Positions 10,154 to 20,160 are shown, counted from the stretch's first letter. The stretch: DNA of 64,000 bases from Candidatus Hodarchaeota archaeon (GCA_048886685.1 JBHLKM010000006.1:128001-192000); one strand, 5' to 3'. Made by a program: numbers and translations. Notes: generated by a model not told the origin, from the letters alone.

Positions 10154-11422
10154 TTAAAAATATCTCGGATCAGCTATTTCTCCTTTCAATGCAGAAGCAG
10201 CTACAGTCGCTGGCGATCCTAAATACACTTTTGAATTAATACTTCCCATTCGACCCTGAAAATTCCTATTTGAGCTAGAAATGCATATTTCACCGGGACC
10301 AAGAATGCCTCCTTGACCACCAAAACAGGCACCACAACTAGGGTTGGTGATAATGGCACCCGCATTTATTAAAACTTCAGCAATACCGGATTTAGCAGCG
10401 TCTAACCAGATCATTTTTGAGGCTGGTGTAATAATCATTCGAACATCTCTATGAATTTCTTTTCCATCTAAAATCTTTGCTGCAACCTCTAAATCTTCAT
10501 ATCTCCCATTTGTACAAGAACCTAAAAAAGCTTGATTTATTTTTGTACCTTCTACATCAGAAACAGATTTTACATTATCAATTGTATGTGGACAAGAAAC
10601 TTGAGGGCTTAAATCATTAACATCCATTTCATATATTTTTTCATATATCGCATTATCATCAGGTTTTACTAACTCGAAGGATTCCTTGGTTCTCTTTTTA
10701 ACCCAATCAATCACTTTCTGATCAGGAACCCCAAATGCAAATTTTGCCCCTAATTCTAAAGAAAAATTAGACATTGTCATTCGAGAAGAAATACTTAATT
10801 TTTCCATTGTATTTCCAGTAAATTCTATTGACTTGTAGTTAGCAACTTCAGCAGAATAATCTCCTGCAATTTTGATGATAATATCTTTACTCATCACGTT
10901 ATGAGGAAGATTGCCAGAGATATTGAATTTTATTGTATGGGGAATTCTAAACCATAACTCTCCTTTCACATAGGCATAAAAAAGATCAGTATTCCCAACA
11001 CCACAACTTGCTGCATTAAACGCTCCATATGTTGTAGTATGGCTATCTCCTCCTACTATTAGCATTCCTGGTTTAACATGACCTTTTTCAGGTAGAACCT
11101 GATGGCAAATACCTTCTCTGATATCATAAAAATTAGCAATTTCTTGCTTCTTGACAAATTTTCGAATCATATCGTGAATAGCAGCCCATCTTTCAGTTGG
11201 AGCAGGATTGTAGTGGTCAAATAACACAACAATTTTATTCGGATCAAATACTTTTCTTTTTTTAGGAGATTTAATTTTGTTAAAATCTAAAGATACCTTG
11301 GCAGTACCAAAATGACTCATAATAAGATCGATTTTTGCATTTATAATATCACCTGGTTTGATTTTATCACCTGAAAGATTATGTGCTAATAAAATCTTTT
11401 CTGCAATTGTTTTTCCTGTCAT
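10154..11422 (-). CDS. leuC: 3-isopropylmalate dehydratase/homoaconitase large subunit
   Basis: GICHQV, GDSHTTTYGA, GSCTNGR, CGACFG, SNRNFQGRMG. Confidence 0.92.
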   Translation of the reverse strand: MTGKTIAEKILLAHNLSGDKIKPGDIINAKIDLIMSHFGTAKVSLDFNKIKSPKKRKVFDPNKIVVLFDHYNPAPTERWAAIHDMIRKFVKKQEIANFYDIREGICHQVLPEKGHVKPGMLIVGGDSHTTTYGAFNAASCGVGNTDLFYAYVKGELWFRIPHTIKFNISGNLPHNVMSKDIIIKIAGDYSAEVANYKSIEFTGNTMEKLSISSRMTMSNFSLELGAKFAFGVPDQKVIDWVKKRTKESFELVKPDDNAIYEKIYEMDVNDLSPQVSCPHTIDNVKSVSDVEGTKINQAFLGSCTNGRYEDLEVAAKILDGKEIHRDVRMIITPASKMIWLDAAKSGIAEVLINAGAIITNPSCGACFGGQGGILGPGEICISSSNRNFQGRMGSINSKVYLGSPATVAASALKGEIADPRYF

Positions 11423-11457
11423 TATATAATCTCCAATTAAAATAATATAAAATTAAA

Positions 11458-12885
11458 TTATTCTATATATGTTGAAGCGATATTGTCCAACTGTTTCTGG
11501 AGGGACTCATCTATAGGTTTTACAGAAGACCTGTCAAGTAATTTAATGGCTTCCTCTTTTGCCCGTTTCCTTGCTGATTTAGATCCTTGTTCTCTCCATG
11601 AATCCCTTGTCATTCTGTCTATTATTGGGCTAGGAAGATATAATTCTTTTCTAAAATATTTTAAAGTAGATGGATGAGAAAGTAATTCTTCTTTATCCTT
11701 ATAATCCTGTAAAATTTCTGAGGCAAAAGGAGTTCCACGATCTTCAATTCCCTCAATCAGTCTTTTTACCATACCAATTATTTCATTATCGATAACAAGT
11801 TTTTCAATACTTTGGGTAGATTCAAAATCAAGCATTCCAGGCCCCGATATCATATTTATTCCCGCAAGACCCGCGAGTAAAGCACCCATTCCTGCTTCAA
11901 AACCTGCTTGGCTGTCTGGAACTTTAGAATCGCTCAAACTCATATAAGCATGTGTAGGTAATTTTAAGAATTTACCCATTTCAATATCTCCAAGATTAAT
12001 CATCATTGTTTCAATAGCACCCATTGGAGTAGTCCCATGTTTCATATCAAATACAGCAGGAGAGCCCCCCCAAATCAATGGAGCTCCTTGTTTTGCTAAT
12101 TGAACAATTACCACACCTGCAAGGCATTCAGCACAATGTTGAGTGATAGAACCAATTAGTGTAATTGGAGCACTCGCTCCTGCTAATGGCATTGACACAA
12201 ATTCAGAAGGTATCATGCTTTTTGCAGCATCAATCAGTGATTGTGTAGTTAGATCAGACCATTTTAATGGTGGACTGGGACACGCATCAAAAATAGCTAA
12301 TGGTTTTCGAGCTAAATCATCCTCTGAGTTTCTACATGCTAATAAGATCTCTCTCATAATAGAAAAACTTTCTTTTCTAAACGTCCCAGTCACTATAGGT
12401 TTATAACAATTAGATAATGCGAGATATAAACGATGCCAATCTTGAGCATCTTTCGGAACATCTTGATAGATCAATGCTGTACTTTGAGCTTCGATATATT
12501 TTAATTGTTCAACCACCTTAGAAAATTGAATAAAGTCTTTAGACTGCCCTGCTCTTATTTCTCCCGTATTTTCATCAAGTATAAAGATAGCGGCTGAACC
12601 AGGATCAAAATGGACCTGATCATCTTTTAGTGAAATATGCTCTTCTCCTTCTCTATCGAATAATGTAATTTGATGAGGAACTGAGTCTAAACATTTATCT
12701 ATCAAATCTGAGGGAATAAAATATCGTTCATCTTTATGATTTAAACCATGTTGGTTAAACATTTCGATTGATTGTTGATTTTCAATAAAAACTCCTTGAG
12801 TTTCTAAAATTGATTTAGCCTCCTCAAAAATTAATCTCTTATATTCATCATTTAATACACTAATTTTTGGTCTAATAATTGGCAT
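11458..12885 (-). CDS. MttB-superfamily (non-pyrrolysine) methylamine/quaternary amine:corrinoid methyltransferase
   Basis: SPPLKW, GASAPITLIGSITQHCAECLAG, DMKHG, SDSKVPDSQAGFE, GMLD, EKLVIDNE; no in-frame TAG. Confidence 0.88.
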   Translation of the reverse strand: MPIIRPKISVLNDEYKRLIFEEAKSILETQGVFIENQQSIEMFNQHGLNHKDERYFIPSDLIDKCLDSVPHQITLFDREGEEHISLKDDQVHFDPGSAAIFILDENTGEIRAGQSKDFIQFSKVVEQLKYIEAQSTALIYQDVPKDAQDWHRLYLALSNCYKPIVTGTFRKESFSIMREILLACRNSEDDLARKPLAIFDACPSPPLKWSDLTTQSLIDAAKSMIPSEFVSMPLAGASAPITLIGSITQHCAECLAGVVIVQLAKQGAPLIWGGSPAVFDMKHGTTPMGAIETMMINLGDIEMGKFLKLPTHAYMSLSDSKVPDSQAGFEAGMGALLAGLAGINMISGPGMLDFESTQSIEKLVIDNEIIGMVKRLIEGIEDRGTPFASEILQDYKDKEELLSHPSTLKYFRKELYLPSPIIDRMTRDSWREQGSKSARKRAKEEAIKLLDRSSVKPIDESLQKQLDNIASTYIE

Positions 12886-12909
12886 ATAAATACTCTTTAA
12901 TCTTTTTTT

Positions 12910-13788
12910 TTAAGTCAAATCAATTATTTTTCGGATTTCGCGAATAGTTTCTGGTGTTGTACCACAGCAACCACCAACTATTTTTACTCCTAAATTTATC
13001 ATTTCTTGAATATCTCGAACAAAATCTTTAATGGGTTGATCATAATATGTCTTAGTGCCTTCTATCCTTGGTTGTCCAGCATTAGGTTTTACGGAGATTG
13101 GCATATTAGTCATATCAACAGCTTGTTTAGCCAAATCAAGCATATCACCTGAACCAAGTGTACAATTTGTTCCAATCACATCTACCCTTTCGTTTTCTAG
13201 TGTATTTATGCATTTTTCTAAAGGGTCTCCCATGATTGTGAAGAATCCTCTCTTTGTTTTTTTATATGTTATTGAGGCAATAATAGGTTTATTTGAGATC
13301 TCTTTTACTGCTCGAATGGCGCTTAGCATTTCTTCTAAATCTGAAACGGTTTCAATATGAAATAAATCAACACCTTTTTCTAATAATTTTGTCTGAGTAG
13401 CAAAACTAGATTTCCAGTCTTCACTTGAGGCATTTCCTACTGGTGGACGAAATTTACCGGTAGGACCAATATCACCAACAATTAAACGTCCTGGAGGACA
13501 AGCTTTTTTAATGTTTTCTAACGCTTTCTCTATAATCTCATTGATTCTTTCTTCAAGGCCGTGCGTTCTTAAATTTAACGGGGTTGAGCCGAAAGTATTC
13601 GATTGACATATATCAGATCCTGCTTCATAATAAGATTTATGAATCTCTGTGACCATATCTGGTTTTTCTATATTTAATAAATCTGGAATCTTCCCTAGTT
13701 TCAACCCTTTTTGGATTAGCATTGAACCCATGGCTCCATCAAAAAGTATAATTTTTGAATCGTCCTCTAACCAATCGTTAAACAACAT
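12910..13788 (-). CDS. Homocysteine S-methyltransferase (stand-alone MetH Hcy-binding domain)
   Basis: FDGAMGSML, YYEAGSD, SNTFG, GTNC, KPNAGQP, and Zn-binding GGCCGTTP. Confidence 0.92.
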   Translation of the reverse strand: MLFNDWLEDDSKIILFDGAMGSMLIQKGLKLGKIPDLLNIEKPDMVTEIHKSYYEAGSDICQSNTFGSTPLNLRTHGLEERINEIIEKALENIKKACPPGRLIVGDIGPTGKFRPPVGNASSEDWKSSFATQTKLLEKGVDLFHIETVSDLEEMLSAIRAVKEISNKPIIASITYKKTKRGFFTIMGDPLEKCINTLENERVDVIGTNCTLGSGDMLDLAKQAVDMTNMPISVKPNAGQPRIEGTKTYYDQPIKDFVRDIQEMINLGVKIVGGCCGTTPETIREIRKIIDLT

Positions 13789-13817
13789 TTATTTTCTTAC
13801 CTTTTTAGATATAATTT

Positions 13818-14465
13818 TTATTTATCTAGTAAAGATTTAACCAATTTTACAGCTTCTATCGCATTTTCTGCAAATCCATCTGCATTACATTCATTAACCC
13901 AGGAGCTTGTTACTGGAGCACCTCCTAATATAACCTTGAATTTATCAAGTAAATTTCGTTCTTTTAATAGTTCAATTATTTTTTTCTGACCAAACATGGT
14001 TGTTGTTAAAAGGGCAGAAACTCCAATGACATCTGCATCTTTTTCGATTGCGACATCGATAATTTTTTCAGCGGAAATATCTGTACCTAAATCAAAAACT
14101 GTAAATCCGTAAGCTCTTAACATTGTTCCGACGATAGTTTTTCCGATAGAATGAATATCTCCCTCTATTGTCGCAATTACAATCGTACCATGTGAAATTC
14201 CTTCTGTGCCTTTTTCTAAATGAGGAATAATTAAATCTAAACAATTTTGCATAATCTGTGCTCCTCTCATTAATTCAGGGAGGAAAAACTCACCTTCTTC
14301 CCATAATTCTCCAACCTTTCGAATGCCTGCTGCAAAACCTTTTTCAATAACATCCATTAAATTCATGTTATCCTCTATTGCCTTGTATGCTAATTCTACT
14401 GCTGTTTCTTCATCTAAATTAACAATAGAATCCACCATATCTTTAAAGATCTTTTCTTGAGACAA
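13818..14465 (-). CDS. Corrinoid (B12-binding) methyl-carrier protein, MtbC/MttC type
   Basis: Cap domain FFLPEL, GDIHSIGK (DxHxxG), SALLTTTM, GGAP. Confidence 0.93.
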   Translation of the reverse strand: MSQEKIFKDMVDSIVNLDEETAVELAYKAIEDNMNLMDVIEKGFAAGIRKVGELWEEGEFFLPELMRGAQIMQNCLDLIIPHLEKGTEGISHGTIVIATIEGDIHSIGKTIVGTMLRAYGFTVFDLGTDISAEKIIDVAIEKDADVIGVSALLTTTMFGQKKIIELLKERNLLDKFKVILGGAPVTSSWVNECNADGFAENAIEAVKLVKSLLDK

Positions 14466-14612
14466 TGCTATCGCTCTAAAAAAATAGTTAAATCATAAAA
14501 AAATATTATTTATTTTCATCTTGGAAATAAGAAAAACCTTATTGTTAAATAGAAAAAAATATTTGTTAAGCTTCTTTTTAGATTTTAATAGTATATTAGG
14601 AATACAAGTGAT

Positions 14613-15980
14613 TTGATGTCAAAAAAATTTTCAAAGGAACCACTTAGAGGAATGAGGGATTATTATCCTTCAGATTTGAGAGAATTTAACTGGATTATTG
14701 ATACATTACGAGACGTAGCAGAGAGATATGGTTATGAAGAATATGAAACGCCCCAAATAGAACCTATTGAAATATTTGCTGCTAAATCTTCTCAAGAACT
14801 AGTCAATGAGCAATCATTTATAGTGGAAAAAAAAAAAGGTGAGAAGCTAATATTAATCCCAGAACTTACTCCTTCTTTAGCTCGTATGGTAGCAAAAAAA
14901 AGTCAAGAACTCAAGAAGCCTATTAGATGGTTTTGTATTCCAACATGTTTCAGATATGAAAGACCTCAAAGAGGACGCCTTAGGGAATTTAAACAACCTA
15001 ATTTCGATATTTTAGGTGAAGAAAGTCTTTATGGTGAACTTGAAATCTTTAATATAATTGTAGACATTTTCACAGAATTTGGGGCCTCCCCAGAACAATT
15101 TAAAATTTATTATAATAGTCGACGTCTCGTCGATTCCATTCTAAATAATATACTCAAACTAAGTGAAGAAAAAATACCTCTAGTTTATAAAGTACTTGAT
15201 AAGTCTGATAAAATGGAAGAAGAGGAATATGAAAAATTTATTATCGACTCATTTCAGAATGAGGTAGATATTCAAAATATATTAAAATTAAAAGATGCAA
15301 ATAGTGTTGATGAATTATTGAAGCGATTTGATACTATTCCTGAGAAATTCTATGAATCTAAGGGATATCTTGAGTTTAATAAATTTGAAAAACTAATAAT
15401 GGAATCAGGTATATCTGATTATTGTAGTTTTTCTTCAAGTACGGTAAGAGGTCTTGATTATTATACAGGAATTATTTACGAAGTATTTGATACTGGAACA
15501 GAGAATAAAAGAAGCATATTTGGAGGGGGGAGATATGATGATCTTATCTCTTTATTTTCAGATGAAAAAATAACCGGTACTGGATTCGGTATGGGAGTAT
15601 ATACACTCTATTTATTTTTGGAGACATATAATTTAATTCCGAAAGATATCCAAGAGAAAGACTATTCAGATACAATTTATATCGCATCTATAAATGAAGA
15701 AGTATCTATGTATGCCATTAAACTTGCTCGAATTATTCGAGAAGAAGATTTTCCATGCATTATTGATTATAGATTTAAAAATCTCAAAAATCAATTAAAA
15801 AAAGCAAGTGAGTTAGGAGTCATGATTGCCTTAATTATTGGACCAGATGAAATGGAAAAAAATCGAGTAACTGTTAAAAATATGCTCACTGAAGAACAAA
15901 ATACTATATTAATTGACGATTTAATTGATGAAATTTATAGAATCATCGATGAATTTGAAGAATCTGAACCAGATCGATAA
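14613..15980 (+). CDS. hisS: Histidine--tRNA ligase
   Basis: RGMRDY, PELTPSLAR, FRYERPQRGRLREF, VRGLDYYTG, GGGRYD, anticodon-binding C-domain (ATG at 14616 may be the true start). Confidence 0.96.
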   Translation: MMSKKFSKEPLRGMRDYYPSDLREFNWIIDTLRDVAERYGYEEYETPQIEPIEIFAAKSSQELVNEQSFIVEKKKGEKLILIPELTPSLARMVAKKSQELKKPIRWFCIPTCFRYERPQRGRLREFKQPNFDILGEESLYGELEIFNIIVDIFTEFGASPEQFKIYYNSRRLVDSILNNILKLSEEKIPLVYKVLDKSDKMEEEEYEKFIIDSFQNEVDIQNILKLKDANSVDELLKRFDTIPEKFYESKGYLEFNKFEKLIMESGISDYCSFSSSTVRGLDYYTGIIYEVFDTGTENKRSIFGGGRYDDLISLFSDEKITGTGFGMGVYTLYLFLETYNLIPKDIQEKDYSDTIYIASINEEVSMYAIKLARIIREEDFPCIIDYRFKNLKNQLKKASELGVMIALIIGPDEMEKNRVTVKNMLTEEQNTILIDDLIDEIYRIIDEFEESEPDR

Positions 15981-16031
15981 TAATTTATTTTACTTCTGTG
16001 GATATTATAATAAAAGATAATGTGAAGAAAT

Positions 16032-16952
16032 ATGTATTTCATTGAACACCTAATTCAATTAATCAAAGAAAAAAAAAGCGTAATCTCCATGGGATTAGAT
16101 CCTAGAATGGATAATGAAGGCGAAATCCCTCAATATCTTATCAATGAAATAAATGATCCAAATAAAATAATTTTGGAATTTAATAAAAGTTTAATAGAGA
16201 ATACTCATGAATTAATCCCTGTTGTTAAACCTCAAATTGCCTTTTACGAAAAATATGAAGCTCTAAGTGCTTTGAAAGAAACAATTAAATATGCTCACAA
16301 AAATGATCTATTGGTGATACTAGATGCAAAACGGAATGACATTGGTTCCACTTCAGAGGCATATGCTTATTCAATTTTTAATAATTATGACGCAGATGCT
16401 TGTACAATTAATGCTTACTTAGGAATTGATGGAGTTAAACCTTTTCTTAATTTTAAGGAGAAAGGGTTATTTGTTCTTGTAAAAACATCAAATCCAAGCA
16501 GCTCTGATTTTCAAGATTTATTTAGCACTAAGATAATTGGCGTTTCTAATGAAATTTCTGAGTATAAATGTAGCGAGCAAATTCTGAAAAGAAATTACAT
16601 CTTAATGGCGCAATTAGTTGAAGATTGGGCTTCTAGCTTAGATAAGTTTTCAAATTTTACAAATTTAGGGGCAGTAGTTGGGGCTACTTATTCCATAGAA
16701 TTAGAAAAAATACGAAAAATTATAAAAAGTTCCTTCATTCTAATTCCTGGTTATGGCGCACAAGGAGCTCAAGCAAAAGATATTAAATATGGATTCTACG
16801 AAAATGGGTTAGGTGCTATCGTGAACTCGTCTCGAGGAATAATTTATGCTTATAATAAAAAGAAGGAATATACACAACATGATTTTGGTAAGGCAGCTAA
16901 AGATGAGATAATTAAAATGAAGAACCTAATTAATAGAGAAATCGGTTTATAA
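16032..16952 (+). CDS. pyrF: Orotidine-5'-phosphate decarboxylase
   Basis: GLDP, KPQIAFYE, DAKRNDIGST, KTSNP, GAVVGAT, LIPGYGAQG, NSSRGI. Confidence 0.95.
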   Translation: MYFIEHLIQLIKEKKSVISMGLDPRMDNEGEIPQYLINEINDPNKIILEFNKSLIENTHELIPVVKPQIAFYEKYEALSALKETIKYAHKNDLLVILDAKRNDIGSTSEAYAYSIFNNYDADACTINAYLGIDGVKPFLNFKEKGLFVLVKTSNPSSSDFQDLFSTKIIGVSNEISEYKCSEQILKRNYILMAQLVEDWASSLDKFSNFTNLGAVVGATYSIELEKIRKIIKSSFILIPGYGAQGAQAKDIKYGFYENGLGAIVNSSRGIIYAYNKKKEYTQHDFGKAAKDEIIKMKNLINREIGL

Positions 16953-16967
16953 TGGAATATTGGAACC

Positions 16968-17396
16968 CTACATAACATTCCCAATATTTCTAAAAATTAA
17001 ATAATTAGCCCCAATAATGGGACCTAAAATTAACAATGTTAATATAAATGAACGTGCTAATCCAGGTTTATGAATAATATTAATAATATTTAGAACTAAG
17101 AACACTGAAAAAACAACGGCTAATGCTATTAACCACTCTTCAGGTCCTCTATAATCACAAAAAGGTTGTCCTTTACATTCCGCAATAGCTAAAAACATAT
17201 CGAGAAGCATTGGACTACATACAAATAAGGTTACCCCATATTGAATAAGGTAACTACCAGCAACCCATTTAAAATTTGTTTTCGATTCAGCTTTAGTTAT
17301 AGCTAAACCAATCTTTAAAATTACAATACCAGCAAATATCATTACGCCAGCGATAATGAAGGGGTAGTACTTATCCATTTCTGTTTGAAAAAACAT
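16968..17396 (-). CDS. Hypothetical membrane protein (about 4 TM)
   Basis: Four hydrophobic segments; no recognised motif. Confidence 0.65.
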   Translation of the reverse strand: MFFQTEMDKYYPFIIAGVMIFAGIVILKIGLAITKAESKTNFKWVAGSYLIQYGVTLFVCSPMLLDMFLAIAECKGQPFCDYRGPEEWLIALAVVFSVFLVLNIINIIHKPGLARSFILTLLILGPIIGANYLIFRNIGNVM

Positions 17397-17599
17397 AAAT
17401 ATCGATTATTAAACAAATATAATTTTAGATTTTAACAATTAAATTTATTTTTAAAATGATTTTTAACTCATTATATTATAAAAGATATAAAAAACATTTT
17501 TGATTTAAATTTATTTAATTAAAATAGAATATTTACATTTTCAATAAAAATCTATGTTATAGTGGAGGCAATTATAAAAATAGAAAGGTATGTTATGCA

Positions 17600-19582
17600 A
17601 TGGTAGATACAAAAAGCGATACTATTCAAAAAGACGATGATATTCCAAGAATTGCCATTTTCATTTGCCAATGAGGTTTGAATATTGCAGAAATAATCGA
17701 CACAAAAAAATTAGGAGAATTCTCAAAAACTCTTCCAAATGTAGTGGAGGCTATAGACTATATAAGTTTGTGAACTGAACCTGGAGCTGAGTTTATAAAG
17801 GAAAAAATGATTGAAACCAATGCCAATAGACTAGTTGTAGGATCCTGTACTCCAAAAACTCACGAGCCTGTCTTTAAAAGTGTATTAGAATCAATGAACA
17901 TAGACCCGTCTTATTTAGAATTTGCTAATATACGTGAACATTCTAGCTTCGTTCACAGAAAAGACAAAGTAGGTGCCCAGAAAGTTGCTGAAGACGCTAT
18001 TCGATCTGCTGTCGCTAGAGCTGCTGTCTTAGAGAAAATCTTAATAAAAGAAGTGGATATAACAAGAAAAGCTCTTATAATTGGGGGAGGTGTTGCGGGA
18101 TTATCTGCGGGTATCGATTTGGCTGAAGAAGGTTTCGAAATCTATTTAGTAGAGAAAAAGCCTACAATAGGAGGAAAAATGGCAAAATTGGATAGAACTT
18201 TTCCAACAGATGATTGTAGTATATGAATATTAGGACCTGTTATGCTTCAAGGTGCAAGGACTCCTGGATTGAATCTTTATACATATAGTGAAGTAGAGGA
18301 TGTACAAGGATTTGTCGGGAATTTTACTGTAAAAATTCGTAAGAGAGCAAGATATGTAAATAAAGACTGTAATGGATGCGGAGCATGTTGGGAGGTTTGT
18401 CCTGCTTATGGTTACAATGAATTTAATGAAGGATTAGATTCAAGGAAGGCTATATATTCGGCATTTGCTCAAGCAGTCCCTTCATTAGCTCAAATTGATA
18501 TGGATAGATGTATTAAATGTGAACTCTGTAAGGCTGCTTGTGAAGTAGATGCGATTGATTTTGACCAAGAAGATGAAATAGTAGAATTACAAGTAGGTTC
18601 AATTATTGTAGCTACGGGATGGGACGAATTTGAACCTCCAACGGGATATTTAGGATATAACCAATATCCTAATGTAATTACCCAATTAAAACTTGAAAGA
18701 ATCCTCGCCCCAAATGGTCCTACTCTTGGACACCTTGTTCGTCCTTCAGATGGGAAAGTGCCAAAAAAAATTCTATTTATACAGTGTGTAGGTTCGAGAG
18801 ATTTAAACATGAACACTTATTGTAGCTCAGGAGTATGCTGTATGATCTCAATTAAAAACAGCAAGTTAATTAAACAACATTCACCTGATGCCGACATTAC
18901 GGTTGCTTATATGGATATGAGAGCAGCAGGGAAAGACTATGAAGAATACTTCACACTTTCACGAAAAGAGGGTATAAAATACATTAGAACGAATGTCAGT
19001 AGAATAAAAGAAGACCCAGAGACACATAATTTAAAAATTATTATGCAAAATACATTAGGATCTAGCGGATTAAAAGAGCTTGAATATGATATGGTTGTAC
19101 TCTCTGCTTCAATGGTACCCGCTAAAGGCGTAGAAAGCATTCAGAAACTCTTAAAACTTGAGATGAGTCAAGATGGATTCTTTAAAGAATTCCATGCTAG
19201 GTTGAATCCAATTGATACAAAAATTCCAGGGATTGTTTTAGCTGGGGTTAGCCAAGGTCCAAAATCGATTGTAGAATCAATTGCTCAGGGACGAGCTGCA
19301 GCATCTTCTTTAGCTAGACTTATGGGTAAAGACAAATACCGTATACTTCTAATTAGAGCAGCCGTCGAAGATAAAGAAAAATGTGCAAAATGTGGATTAT
19401 GTGAATTAAATTGTCCATACAATGCAATAACTCTTATGGATGATGGTGCTGAAGTGAATGAGATTCTTTGTAGAGGATGTGGTACTTGCTTAGCTAATTG
19501 CCCTTCAGAAGCAATTACATTACGCTACTATAGAGAACCTCAGTATGAGAAACAAATAGACGCAATCTTGGAAGAGATATAG
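17600..19582 (+). CDS. hdrA: Heterodisulfide reductase subunit A-like flavoprotein, selenoprotein with three in-frame UGA (about 660 aa)
   Basis: One frame from ATG 17600 to TAG 19582 joins the two tracked ORFs. TGA at 17672 (FICQ-U-GLNIA), 17771 (ISL-U-TEPG) and 18224 (FPTDDCSI-U-ILGP), each at a conserved HdrA Cys. Also GGGVAG FAD motif, ferredoxin motifs, QCVGSRD, CSSGVCC. Confidence 0.92.
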
Positions 19583-19596
19583 AGAGGTGTGAAAAA

Positions 19597-20058
19597 ATGG
19601 TAAGTGAATCGAATAATGATATAAAAATTCTAGCTTTTCTTTGCTGGAAATGAGGTTATGGTGCTGGAGACATGGCTGGAACGATCCGGGCTCAGTATCC
19701 TGCTACACTCAGACCAGTTCGAATAAATTGTACAGGAAGAGTTACTCCTTCTCTTCTGATGAGAGCGATTGGAAAGGGTGCTGATGGTGTAGTCGTAGGC
19801 GCCTGATACCATGGAGAATGTGATTATGAAACAGGTAATTTAGTAGCTGAGAGAAATGTTCAATATGTGAAAGAAATCTTAAAAGCGACAGGTATCTCTC
19901 CAGAAAGAGTACAAATGTTTCATTGCAGTGCTGCTGAAGGACAGAAATTTCAAGATGAAGCGACAAGGATTTCAGAATTGATAAAAAATTTAGGTAATAA
20001 TCCTATTAAAGATTCAATAAAATCTAATGAACCAAAAATCAAGAAAAAGAATAATTAA
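19597..20058 (+). CDS. mvhD: MvhD/VhuD [2Fe-2S] subunit, selenoprotein with two in-frame UGA (153 aa)
   Basis: ATG 19597 after GAGGTG. FLCWK-U-GYGAGD (TGA 19651), RINCTGRV, GADGVVVGA-U-YHGECDYETGN (TGA 19804), CSAAEG; in frame with tracked ORF 19867-20058. Confidence 0.92.
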
Positions 20059-20063
20059 ACCGA

Positions 20064-20105
20064 TTGAATGAATCTTATGAAAAAATTTTAGTCATAAGAC
20101 GACAG
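20064..20105 (+). promoter_or_regulatory. Putative eukaryote-like SECIS element in the 3' UTR of hdrA-mvhD
   Basis: ATGAA (20068-72), TCTTATGA, loop AAAAATTTTAG, TCATAAGA, CGAC (20100-03): a perfect 8-bp stem on a UGAN/NGAN core with unpaired As at the loop start, about 10 nt after the mvhD stop. Confidence 0.8.
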
Positions 20106-20151
20106 ACCACAGTGTAATGGTTTCGGGATTTATATATATTTGAATAAAGTA

Positions 20152-20160
20152 TTTTTTTTT
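20152..20160 (+). terminator. Oligo-T archaeal terminator candidate downstream of the SECIS
   Basis: T9 run after the operon and hairpin. Confidence 0.4.

Noticed and set aside
11458-12885. Pyrrolysine-containing trimethylamine methyltransferase
   Set aside because: No in-frame TAG; the ORF is continuous through the region where Pyl occurs.
17600-20058. hdrA and mvhD as nonsense-disrupted pseudogenes
   Set aside because: All five interruptions are TGA, in frame and at conserved Cys positions, with no frameshifts and a SECIS-like hairpin downstream.
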